Assembly (NCBI GenBank): GCA_963977015.1
Contig: CAXBMO010000004.1
Coordinates: 288,001-352,000 of the forward strand
Source: an uncultured bacterium
Lineage (GTDB): Bacteria; Verrucomicrobiota; Verrucomicrobiia; Verrucomicrobiales; DEV007
Reading direction: 5' to 3'
Length of the DNA: 64,000 nucleotides
In this document: positions 26,256 through 35,262 of the stretch, in pieces
How the letters are laid out: each line of letters opens with the position of its first letter
How positions within the stretch are numbered: position 1 is the first letter of the stretch
The notes under the pieces: model-generated
Seen by the model: only the letters and a program-made list of their open reading frames with translations
Told to the model about the DNA's origin: nothing
Databases searched by the model: none
Made by a program: the position numbers and the translations under genes

Positions 26256-27628
26256 TAATCTGTGGCTTGGTCTGTGAGATGGGCAAGAACCCGTTCCATT
26301 TGGGCCGACCGGCTACCTTTCAGCAGCACCAAATCGGTCGAGCCTAAGTTTGTGCGCAAATATTCTGCAATCGATGGGTGGTCATCGAAAACGTGGCATT
26401 CAGCACCTTCACCAGCACCTTCAGCCATACGACGGCCTTCCTCGCCAATTCCTAGCAGAATGTCAATCTTGTTCTCGGCAACAGCGTTGCCCAAGGCAAC
26501 ATGCTCGGCATCGGCATGCTCGCCTAACTCGGCCATCAATCCTAACACCGCAACACGTTTCCCTTCAACCGGGAGGTCGCGAAGCGTCCGAAGCGCGGCC
26601 CGCATCGAGTCAGGATTCGCATTGTAGGAATCGTCAAGAACCGTGATCTCCCCAACCGCCTTGAGTTGGAGTCGCCCGCCGGTCAGTTCTGCATTGCTCA
26701 ACCCCGCCGCGACTTCTTCCAGCGTCATTCCAAGATGAAGGCCGGTTGCCGCAGCCAACGTGGCGTTGCGGACCATGTGCTCGGCAGAGACGGAAAGCTG
26801 GGTGACGACGCTCTTTCCCTCGAAATGAAGTTCGAATCGGCAGCCCTCGAATCCGATCTCCAGATTCGTGGCCGAGACATCGCCGCAATTCACACCACCG
26901 GTCAAAATCCGGGCCTTGGTGCGTTCGCGCATCGAAGGGGTAAAGTCATCGTGCGCGGAAAGTACAACACAGCCGTCATCCGGCACCGCCTCCGCCAACA
27001 TTCCTTTTTCCAACGCGATCGCTTCGCGGGTTTTCATGAATTCCAAATGCGCCGTACCGACGTTGGTGATGATGCCGACGTTGGGAGCGGCGATCTCGGC
27101 GAGAACTTCAATCTCCCCCGGATGATTCATCCCCATCTCGAAAACGCCCAGATTGTGCTCTGCATTCGTCTCCAGAATCGTCAGGGGCAGGCCGATGTGA
27201 TTGTTGAGGTTTCCCTTCGTCGCGCTGACCTGAAATTTCTGGCCGAGAACGAACCGCGTCAGATCCTTGGTCGAAGTCTTCCCGCTGCTGCCCGTAATTC
27301 CCACGACCGGAATTTCCAGCGATCGCCGATAGTTCGCCGCCAGTTGCTGAAGCCCGGTCAGGGTGTTGCGAACGCGAATGAGAGCAACGCCGGTGCCTTC
27401 CGTCGAGGCGGGAAGATCGTGGATGAAAAGCGCGGCGGCTCCTTTTCCAATCGCCTGATCCAGATGATCATGCGCGTCAAAATTATCGCCCTTCAGCGCG
27501 ACGAAAAACTCGCCGCCTTCCATCTTGCGCGTGTCGGTCGAGACTACCGAAACCTCCTCCGCGGGAACGCCTTGCAGCAGCTCGCCGTTGGTCCAGGTTG
27601 CGATGGTTTGGAGGTTCGTGGGTTTCAT
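26255..27628 (-). CDS. murF: UDP-N-acetylmuramoyl-tripeptide--D-Ala-D-Ala ligase
   Basis: STDTR, GITGSSGKTSTK, NLNNHIGLPLT, EMGMNHPGEI, DDSYNANPDSM, KGSR. Confidence 0.95.
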   Translation of the reverse strand: MKPTNLQTIATWTNGELLQGVPAEEVSVVSTDTRKMEGGEFFVALKGDNFDAHDHLDQAIGKGAAALFIHDLPASTEGTGVALIRVRNTLTGLQQLAANYRRSLEIPVVGITGSSGKTSTKDLTRFVLGQKFQVSATKGNLNNHIGLPLTILETNAEHNLGVFEMGMNHPGEIEVLAEIAAPNVGIITNVGTAHLEFMKTREAIALEKGMLAEAVPDDGCVVLSAHDDFTPSMRERTKARILTGGVNCGDVSATNLEIGFEGCRFELHFEGKSVVTQLSVSAEHMVRNATLAAATGLHLGMTLEEVAAGLSNAELTGGRLQLKAVGEITVLDDSYNANPDSMRAALRTLRDLPVEGKRVAVLGLMAELGEHADAEHVALGNAVAENKIDILLGIGEEGRRMAEGAGEGAECHVFDDHPSIAEYLRTNLGSTDLVLLKGSRSAQMERVLAHLTDQATD

Positions 27629-29109
27629 CGTTGGTTCCTCAAATCGTTGATCGCGTGTTGAGCGACGAGCCGGTCGTCAAAATCGATTCGGCCATCGGCG
27701 AGCTCCTGATAATTCTCATGCCCCTTGCCGGCGATGAGGACGATATCCTTCTCTCCCGCGTCCATAATCGCTTCCCGGATCGCGGTTTCGCGATCTTCAA
27801 TGATGGCGAACTCCACTCCGGCGAGTCCCTTCTTGGCGTCTTCCAAAATCTGTTGGGGATCCTCCGTCCGCGGATTGTCGCTTGTCAGCAGCACGGCGTC
27901 GCTTCCCACCGAGGCGGCCCGGGCCATGAGCGGCCGTTTGTCGCGATCCCGGTCTCCGCCACAGCCAAAGACGGTGATCAAACGCTTCGGCTTGAGTTCG
28001 CGAAGCGTTGCGCAGGCCTTTTCGAGCGCGTCCGGGGTGTGGGCGTAATCGACAAACACGCGAAACGGCATCCCACTGTCCACCGACTCCATTCTTCCCG
28101 GAACCTGGGGGCCGTCGGCCAAATGCTGAATCGCCTCCCGCAAGTTCAGGCCCATCGCCGTCGCCGTCGCCAATGCCGCGATCGAGTTGTAAACGTTGAA
28201 CGCGCCAATCATTGGCGAGCGAACCATAAACTGACGCTTTTTGGCCTCCAGGGTGAAACTGGTTCCCTCAAACTGGCTGTTGAGGTTAATCGCGCGAAAG
28301 TCGCGCCCCACGCCCATCCCAAAGCTGAGTTTGCGAACGTTGGGATAGTTTTGGCGCAGCAATCTCTGGCCCCAATTGTCATCGCCATTCACGACCATGC
28401 TCCGCTGCTTGTCGCCAGATTGATCCTCCAGATGCTGGAACAAAATCCGCTTCGCCTCGTAGTAATCCTGCATCGAACCATGAAAATCCAGGTGGTCCTG
28501 GCTCAGATTCGTGAACACAGCGACATCAAATTCAACGCCGGCCACGCGATGTTGTTGCAACCCGTGGGAGGACACTTCCATCACTCCGGCCCGACAACCA
28601 AATTCGCGCATTTCCGCGAGGAGTTGATGAACTTCCGAACTTTCCGGAGTGGTGCGGGAAGCTTCCACCGTACGACCACCGGTGTCGTAACGAACCGTCC
28701 CGATCAATCCGCACTGCCGCTGCGCCGCATTGCAGAGGTGCTGCACGAGAAACGCGGTCGTGGTTTTGCCGTTGGTGCCGGTGATTCCGGCGAGTTTGAG
28801 ATCTCGCGATGGTTGATTGAGGATCTGAGCGGCAATCGGCCCCAACGCGGCGCGGGAATCGGCAACCCGAATCCAGCCCACGTCCAGATTTACACTCTGT
28901 GGCGCCTCTTCCGCCACAATCGCGACCGCCCCCTGTTCAATCGCCTTCTCGACAAACCGGTGGCCATCCGCAACCTCGCCTCGCATCGCCACAAAAATGT
29001 CCCCCGGTTCAACTTTTCGGGAGTCGTATTGAACCGCGCGCACCTCGCTATCGAGCTTGCCCCAGGTTTCTTTGGCTGAGATGCCAGTGATAAGATCATT
29101 CAATTCCAT
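27625..29109 (-). CDS. murE: UDP-N-acetylmuramoyl-L-alanyl-D-glutamate--meso-diaminopimelate ligase
   Basis: YDSR, GITGTNGKTTT, MEVSSH, DHLDFH, VDYAHTPDAL and AGKGHE. The DNPR motif indicates meso-DAP specificity. Confidence 0.96.
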   Translation of the reverse strand: MELNDLITGISAKETWGKLDSEVRAVQYDSRKVEPGDIFVAMRGEVADGHRFVEKAIEQGAVAIVAEEAPQSVNLDVGWIRVADSRAALGPIAAQILNQPSRDLKLAGITGTNGKTTTAFLVQHLCNAAQRQCGLIGTVRYDTGGRTVEASRTTPESSEVHQLLAEMREFGCRAGVMEVSSHGLQQHRVAGVEFDVAVFTNLSQDHLDFHGSMQDYYEAKRILFQHLEDQSGDKQRSMVVNGDDNWGQRLLRQNYPNVRKLSFGMGVGRDFRAINLNSQFEGTSFTLEAKKRQFMVRSPMIGAFNVYNSIAALATATAMGLNLREAIQHLADGPQVPGRMESVDSGMPFRVFVDYAHTPDALEKACATLRELKPKRLITVFGCGGDRDRDKRPLMARAASVGSDAVLLTSDNPRTEDPQQILEDAKKGLAGVEFAIIEDRETAIREAIMDAGEKDIVLIAGKGHENYQELADGRIDFDDRLVAQHAINDLRNQR

Positions 29110-30983
29110 GTACGTGCGAAGCTGTGTAGAGACGTGTTAGGCCGCAAGTTGAGATACGCAACGGCTTGCTGGGCCATTTCAGCAAAAATTGGTGCGGCAA
29201 TCGTTCCACCGGAAACCGGGCCGGTTCGCCCGTCGGGATCATCAACGACCACAATTCCCATCAATTCCGGATTTTCCGCAGGCAAAAACCCCATGAACGA
29301 AACGATATAGTGGCCTTCCAGGTACGATTTTTGGGCTTCGGAGTGCTTCCGAGCCGTTCCCGTCTTTCCCGCGACCGTAAATCCCGGGACTTGAGCGAGC
29401 TCCGCGGTTCCGCCGGGTTGCGTCACCGCGACCAACGTTGAAGTCAGCATTTTTGCGGTCCGCGAGCTCAACGATCGACTCCGCACCATCCGCACGGTGG
29501 GAGTTTCGCCGACCGAACCGACGACGCGGGGCCGCAGCAACTCGCCTCCATTCGCGATGACGCCAAGCGCGTTGAGCATCTGCAGCGGGGTGATGGAAAC
29601 TTCGTAGCCGATCGCCATCCGGCTGAAACTGGTCACGCTCCATTGGTCGGGATGCTTGATCATTCCCCCGGCTTCTCCGGTGAGATGGAGCCGCGTTTTG
29701 CGATTGAACCCAAAATCATTGACCGCATCGTAAAAGCGACGTTTCCCGAGCAATTGAGCGACCTTGTAAGCGCCCACGTTGCTGGATTTCGCCATGACAT
29801 CCCGAACCGTAAGCTGGTGGTGAGAGTGGGAGTCGGTCAGCACATAGCCGTGTTCCTCCAATTGGCCGTTGTGGCAAAACATGATGCTCTCGGGCGAAAC
29901 CAGACCGAGTTCCATCGCACCACCCAACGCCACGATTTTGAATGTCGATCCCGGTTCGTAGAGATCCTGGATCGCGAAATTTCGGCGATTTCCCTCTCGG
30001 GTCGAGAGGTCGAAGTGCGGGCGATTGGCCAGCGCCAGAATCTCGCCGGTTTGTGGATTCATCCAAATTGCACAGATTTTCTCCGGGCGATAGCGGCGCA
30101 CGGCAGTCTCCAGACTCTGCTCGACCAATTCCTGAAACCCCAGATCGATGGTGAGCTGCACATCGCGGCCATCTTTCGCCACGGTTTCCTCGGTTCGGTA
30201 GGCGGTGATTTCGCGACCTCGACTGTCACGCTTGACCCGGCGCTCCCCATCCGTGCCGCGGAGAATGTCGTCCAGTTTCCCTTCGATCCCTTCTTTCCCG
30301 ATATTTTGCCCGTCGACGAATCCCAGAACGTGGGTGAGCCGATTGTGGCTTGGATAAAATCTCCGGATTTCCCGGCGAAAACCGAGACCGCCCAATTCCT
30401 GCTCTTTGAACTGCTGATTCAGCTGTTGATAGACGTCTTCCTCGAGGTTCTTCGCCAGATCGACGACGGAACGCGCCGGCTCCTGCAATTGGCGATCGAG
30501 ATCGGCGCGAGACAAGCCCAACGCCTCGTGAAGCACGTTGGAAAGGTGAAAGCGATAGCGTCGCAAGAGCAACGGCCGCGTGTATTTCGCCCGGATTTCG
30601 TCGGTGGAAAGCTTCTCGGCCGCGGCCAGCCCGCGAATCGCAATCTGGTGATCGCGCAAGTGGTAGGCGTCGGCAAACAGGGTGTAGACCGTCTGGTTGC
30701 AGGCAAGCAGCTCGCCGTTTCGATCGTAAATCGCGCCGCGACGAGCGGGAACCGTCTCCGAGCTGGTGTGGATTCGAATCGCCCTGTCGGCCAGCTCATC
30801 GTGCCGAAAAACTTGGAGTTGAATGAGTCGAAGCGCCAACAACCCGAACAAGGCGAGGACCGCAGTCGTCGCCCATTGCATCCGCTGGTGCTGCGCATTT
30901 CGCGATTCCGATCGCAAAACCGGCGAAACGTCTCCCCTTCCCTTCACGCCAAGCTCTGCGTTCTCGTCCGCGCTCCTCATCAC
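29100..30983 (-). CDS. ftsI: class B penicillin-binding protein (FtsI/PBP3-like)
   Basis: TM anchor, RRGAIYDRNG, R.YP, SxxK (GSTFK), SxN (SSN) and KTG, in the dcw position. Confidence 0.9.
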   Translation of the reverse strand: MMRSADENAELGVKGRGDVSPVLRSESRNAQHQRMQWATTAVLALFGLLALRLIQLQVFRHDELADRAIRIHTSSETVPARRGAIYDRNGELLACNQTVYTLFADAYHLRDHQIAIRGLAAAEKLSTDEIRAKYTRPLLLRRYRFHLSNVLHEALGLSRADLDRQLQEPARSVVDLAKNLEEDVYQQLNQQFKEQELGGLGFRREIRRFYPSHNRLTHVLGFVDGQNIGKEGIEGKLDDILRGTDGERRVKRDSRGREITAYRTEETVAKDGRDVQLTIDLGFQELVEQSLETAVRRYRPEKICAIWMNPQTGEILALANRPHFDLSTREGNRRNFAIQDLYEPGSTFKIVALGGAMELGLVSPESIMFCHNGQLEEHGYVLTDSHSHHQLTVRDVMAKSSNVGAYKVAQLLGKRRFYDAVNDFGFNRKTRLHLTGEAGGMIKHPDQWSVTSFSRMAIGYEVSITPLQMLNALGVIANGGELLRPRVVGSVGETPTVRMVRSRSLSSRTAKMLTSTLVAVTQPGGTAELAQVPGFTVAGKTGTARKHSEAQKSYLEGHYIVSFMGFLPAENPELMGIVVVDDPDGRTGPVSGGTIAAPIFAEMAQQAVAYLNLRPNTSLHSFARTWN

Positions 30984-31330
30984 TTGCCAATCACCAAAAC
31001 CTTGGCTGGATCAATCGGGATCAACCCTGAATTCGGATCGAGACCGGCCTCCAGGCTTTCCCGGGTCATCAACCGCGCAATCCGCACTTCATAAAGCTCA
31101 ATCTCAGCATCCAACTGGCTGATTTTCTCCTCCCAATCGCGAATCTCATTCCCTTTCTGAACGTGGAGATTGCGAAGATAAACGTAGCTTGTCGCCAGCA
31201 ATCCGATAACGGCGGCAAGACCCAACCAGGCAACCAGCTTTGACGTGCCAATCCCGGTCTGCCTCTCGGGAGGCGGGAGCGATTCATCCCGAAAATCGAG
31301 AACGACGTCTCCTGCCTCAAGATCCGTCAT
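30980..31330 (-). CDS. ftsL: FtsL-like cell division protein
   Basis: ATG 31330 overlaps the rsmH TGA. 116 aa with a short cytoplasmic tail, one TM helix and a coiled coil, between rsmH and ftsI. The call rests on position and architecture only. Confidence 0.65.
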   Translation of the reverse strand: MTDLEAGDVVLDFRDESLPPPERQTGIGTSKLVAWLGLAAVIGLLATSYVYLRNLHVQKGNEIRDWEEKISQLDAEIELYEVRIARLMTRESLEAGLDPNSGLIPIDPAKVLVIGK

Positions 31331-32388
31331 GCCTCGACCTCCTGGCGCTCGGCAACGCGGAGTTTTGCGCTCCGCGCGCGCGGATTGCGTTCGATTTCCT
31401 TGGGCGTTGCGACAATCGGTTTTTTCGTCACCAGCTTGTAGGCCAATTCCGGATTCGGCTTGGGCGCCGGCCATTCCGGGCGATCGATCTCCTTCTGACT
31501 GCGACGCTTGAAATACTGTTTCACGATCCGGTCTTCGAGCGAGTGGAAGGTAATCACCGCCAGCCGTCCTCCGGGTTTGAGCCATTGCGTCGCGGAATCC
31601 AGGCCCCGCTGCAGATTCTCCAATTCACCATTCACCTCAATGCGGAGCGCCTGAAACACCTTCGTCGCCGGATGCTGGCGACCACTGCGCGGACGCACTT
31701 TCTCAATGAGCTCCGCGAGTTGGCTGGTTCGCACAATGGGCGACGAATTGCGATGCTTCACGATGGCGCGGGCGATTCTGGCGGCGGCGCGTTCTTCGCC
31801 ATAATCGCGAAAGATGCGTTTCAGCTCGTCCTCGCTCTCCTCGTTGACGATGTCCGCAGCTGAACGTGGCCAGTCCGGATCCATCCGCATATCGAGCGGG
31901 CCATCACTTTGAAAGGAAAAGCCGCGTTTCGGCTCATCAATCTGATGCGAGGAAATTCCGAGATCGAGCAACACACCGTCCACCTTCTTAATTCCGACAT
32001 CGTCCAGGGTATCGCCAAAATTGGCAAAGTTTCCGCGCAGAGCCACGAAGTGTCCATCGAAGGACCAACACTTGGCACGGGCTTCTTCGAGCGCTTCGGG
32101 ATCTCGATCAAACCCGATCACCTGCGCTCCATGCTCCAACAGTTCAAATGCGTGGCCACCTCCACCGAGCGTCCCATCAACGATCCGCTTGCCATCATCC
32201 GGCTGGAGATACTCGATCGTCTCATCAAGGAGAACTGAAGTGTGGTAGTGGCTTGTCACCGTCCAGGAAGGAAGCCTTGAATTGTTACCTTTTCCACCCC
32301 CGTGCTCCGTCCGCGCGTTTTTATCGCGCGGGCGGAACAAGGCTTGGGCGAAAAAGCTAGGTTGTGCGTAAATCGCGGCTAAACCCAT
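31327..32388 (-). CDS. rsmH: 16S rRNA m4C1402 methyltransferase (possible start GTG 32259)
   Basis: HTSVLL, DGTLGGGGH, DLGISSHQID...RGFSF...LDMRM, HPATKVFQALRI.VN, TFHSLEDRIVK, NPRARSAKLR. Confidence 0.96.
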   Translation of the reverse strand: MGLAAIYAQPSFFAQALFRPRDKNARTEHGGGKGNNSRLPSWTVTSHYHTSVLLDETIEYLQPDDGKRIVDGTLGGGGHAFELLEHGAQVIGFDRDPEALEEARAKCWSFDGHFVALRGNFANFGDTLDDVGIKKVDGVLLDLGISSHQIDEPKRGFSFQSDGPLDMRMDPDWPRSAADIVNEESEDELKRIFRDYGEERAAARIARAIVKHRNSSPIVRTSQLAELIEKVRPRSGRQHPATKVFQALRIEVNGELENLQRGLDSATQWLKPGGRLAVITFHSLEDRIVKQYFKRRSQKEIDRPEWPAPKPNPELAYKLVTKKPIVATPKEIERNPRARSAKLRVAERQEVEA

Positions 32389-32600
32389 AGTGTTTCAAGT
32401 TTCAGTGTTTCGCCGGAACGGATTTGCCCATGTTTCTCGCATTTTTGAGACAAATCGCAGGCTCGGCGTCGTAATATCGATCTGAGAAAGCTTACTAAAT
32501 TTTATTTTACTCACCCGGTCAATCATTAATTATAAATATTAAATATTTCCGTAATTTAATCTGGTTATAGCATCCAAAATCCTCGTGACCAGCTTTAGGC

Positions 32601-32629
32601 TTGAGAATTACCGCAATACGGCTTAGATC
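32601..32629 (+). promoter_or_regulatory. putative sigma70-type promoter of the TMEM43 gene
   Basis: TTGAGA-17nt-TAGATC, downstream of an AT-rich tract and 9 nt before TTG 32639. Confidence 0.35.
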
Positions 32630-32638
32630 GGAGCAACC

Positions 32639-33826
32639 TTGAAGGATCGAGCATTAGGGAAAGTCAGAAGCGCCTTGGGAGGAATCCTCCTCGGTGCAAT
32701 CCTTGTGCTGGCAGGCCTCGCCCTTCTCTGGATGAACGAAAGCCGCGCGGTCGCCGATTACCGCTCAATCCGGGAATTGGAATCCTACACCATCCCGGTG
32801 TCGCCTCATCGGGTGAATCCTGAAAACGAGGGAAGCGCGGTTTACCTGACCTGGCGAGCCAGCACTTCCGATACGCTGCGCGACCGGGAGTTTGGCATCG
32901 AGCGCGTTGCCTTGCGAATGGTCCGAACCGTCGAAATGTTCCAATGGAAGGAAAATCGGCCTTCCAAACGCGAAATCGAGGCAGGCGTTGAGCCGACCTA
33001 CGAGCTGGATTGGAGCAGCGAAAGAATTGCGAGCGAAGAATTCCTCCAACCGGACAAGCATGAAAATCCCCCGATGCGCTACATCACCAAAACGTGGCTG
33101 GCTGAGGACATTTCACTCGGCGCCTTCCAATTGCCGGCGTCCCTGCTCCTCAAACTCGACGACTACGTTCCGGTTGATGCGACCAATGCGGTTCCCACGA
33201 TTCTTGAATCCGTGATTCACGATCAGGGCAATCTCTACCTTGGTGAAAACATCGCCGAACCGATGGTGGGTGACCTTCGCATCTCCTACCGCGCCCTCGA
33301 TCCGCAACAAATCAGTCTGATCGCCCGCCAGTTTGGGACCACGTTCGACACCTTTGTTTCCCGCGATGGACGAGTTCATGCACCGATTCGAACCGGTGTC
33401 CATACCCAGCAGCAATTGCTGAGCTATGAGCGCAGCAACGTGAAAGTGATTACGATTTTGCTGCGAATGCTGGGGTTCTTTCTCACCTTCGCCGGACTCA
33501 TGATGATTTTCAGTCCGATGACGATTCTCGCCGGTTCGGTGCCGGTTTTTCAGCGGGTGATGCGTTTTGGTTTGGCGATGGTCTGTCTGCTTTTCTCCGG
33601 CGTGTTGTCGCTCTTTGTGATTTCGATTTCCTGGTTTGCGCATCGCCCCTGGATCACCGCCGGACTCGGCCTGTTGATTCTGATTCTTGCGATCCTGATG
33701 AGCAAAGCCTTCAAAAAGCCCGACGAAATGGCGGTGCGATTGCGAAAGGCGAAACTGGAAGCGCGCCTCGCTTCCCGGAGCCGGTCCACCGATCTCCCTA
33801 CGAGCCCAAATAGCCCAGCCAGCTGA
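32639..33826 (+). CDS. TMEM43 (DUF1625) family membrane protein
   Basis: TM1 then LWMNE.RAV; R.VEMFQWKE, YELDWS, HENP, LGAFQL, YLGEN..PMVGDLRISY; three C-terminal TMs. Confidence 0.85.
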   Translation: MKDRALGKVRSALGGILLGAILVLAGLALLWMNESRAVADYRSIRELESYTIPVSPHRVNPENEGSAVYLTWRASTSDTLRDREFGIERVALRMVRTVEMFQWKENRPSKREIEAGVEPTYELDWSSERIASEEFLQPDKHENPPMRYITKTWLAEDISLGAFQLPASLLLKLDDYVPVDATNAVPTILESVIHDQGNLYLGENIAEPMVGDLRISYRALDPQQISLIARQFGTTFDTFVSRDGRVHAPIRTGVHTQQQLLSYERSNVKVITILLRMLGFFLTFAGLMMIFSPMTILAGSVPVFQRVMRFGLAMVCLLFSGVLSLFVISISWFAHRPWITAGLGLLILILAILMSKAFKKPDEMAVRLRKAKLEARLASRSRSTDLPTSPNSPAS

Positions 33827-35255
33827 AGTCCTCGGAATAGAGAAACCAGCTGCTCAGGGTGATGTGGAGATTCATGAACGCGTGGAAGAGGATTCCCGGC
33901 CAGAGCGACCTCGTTCGCTGATACAGCCAGCACATCGCCATACCAAACACCGCAATAGAGATCAGCGCGGGCCAGGAGTAGAAGTGCATTCCGGCAAAGA
34001 TGAGGCTCGAGACAAGTGCTGCGATCCAAACGTTGAAGCGACTGCGGAGTGAAGTGAAAAGAAAGCCGCGGAAGAGCAACTCCTCGAAAACGGGAGCAAT
34101 GATCGCGGCGAGCACGATTTGGGAGATCAATCCCAGCTGCCCGGAATCGATCAGACCGGGGTCGAGAAAATCGCGGGTATCGATCGTGCCCACCCACTTT
34201 TCGAATTCGTAGAACCCAAAACTGAGAAACCCGTAAATCCCGTAGAAACCGAGCACGATTGCGAGGTTCTTCGCGTTGAAGAGATGGGAAAGGCCAAGTC
34301 CAAGCACGCGGCGAAAACTCCGCCCCGTCGGTAGCAGGAACCACGAAATCAGGATGACCGGGCCGGCCTGAATCAGCAGGTAAAAGACGTTGCTGGAAAG
34401 ATGGTAGCTCGGTCCTTCCCAAACTTGGGGAATACAGATATCGACGACCGAGGCCGCAACCGCTGCCAATCCATTCGCCGCGAGCATCGCCCAAAAAGTC
34501 AGTGCCAGCCCCAGCGCGGGAAGCCAGGTCGCCGTAATTCTCCAGGCTCGAGGTGTGGGACCACGAAAAAGGCCAAGAATTGCAGCTGGTGCAAAAAGCA
34601 GCGTGAACAGCCAAATTCCATAATAGCTGGTACCAACCCAAAGATGCCGCTGATACCACATGGGGAGTTGCGATCCCGCTTCATTGATGGGTTCCAATCC
34701 GCTTTGTTGAAGGAGAAATTGCCCGAACCAGCCGGAATCAGCGTCTTCGCCAAACTCACGAATCCAGTCCCGTTCATGCGCATCCAGCACCTTCTCTTCG
34801 GTCAGTTTTTGAACCACGACAGGGTAAATCTCCGTCGAGTTTGACAAATCCACACTCAATTCGACCTCTTCATCCGAACCCAGGTAGTGTCGCGCCAGCG
34901 CGTAGTCCGCTTGACCATTTTCGTCCAGCCATTGCGCCTTCGCCGCAGCCCCATACGCCATTCTCAACTCATCCGCGATCTCCTCTGCGGTGAAGTAGCC
35001 GGTGAGGAAACGAATCGGATTCCCAGCTTCCGCGTGGCGCACAAACGCCACATGGACCTCCAGCAATTGGTCGGCATAGCGATGGAGCAGCTCCCGGTCT
35101 TCCTCGATCCACGACTGATTGTGACCGCGATGTTCGGTAATCGTGTTCCAGGCGAGCAAGCCGCCACCGAGCACCACTCCCAACAACCATAATCGAGCGA
35201 TCTGCCACGAACCAATCCGCCGTCGTGGCATCGCCGCATCATTCCCCAGCGGCAT
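33798..35255 (-). CDS. CPBP (Abi/CAAX-like) intramembrane glutamic endopeptidase with an N-terminal periplasmic extension
   Basis: APVFEELLFRG, FAGMH, SLWPGILFHAFMN. Confidence 0.88.
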   Translation of the reverse strand: MPLGNDAAMPRRRIGSWQIARLWLLGVVLGGGLLAWNTITEHRGHNQSWIEEDRELLHRYADQLLEVHVAFVRHAEAGNPIRFLTGYFTAEEIADELRMAYGAAAKAQWLDENGQADYALARHYLGSDEEVELSVDLSNSTEIYPVVVQKLTEEKVLDAHERDWIREFGEDADSGWFGQFLLQQSGLEPINEAGSQLPMWYQRHLWVGTSYYGIWLFTLLFAPAAILGLFRGPTPRAWRITATWLPALGLALTFWAMLAANGLAAVAASVVDICIPQVWEGPSYHLSSNVFYLLIQAGPVILISWFLLPTGRSFRRVLGLGLSHLFNAKNLAIVLGFYGIYGFLSFGFYEFEKWVGTIDTRDFLDPGLIDSGQLGLISQIVLAAIIAPVFEELLFRGFLFTSLRSRFNVWIAALVSSLIFAGMHFYSWPALISIAVFGMAMCWLYQRTRSLWPGILFHAFMNLHITLSSWFLYSEDFSWLGYLGS

Positions 35256-35262
35256 ACAGCAA

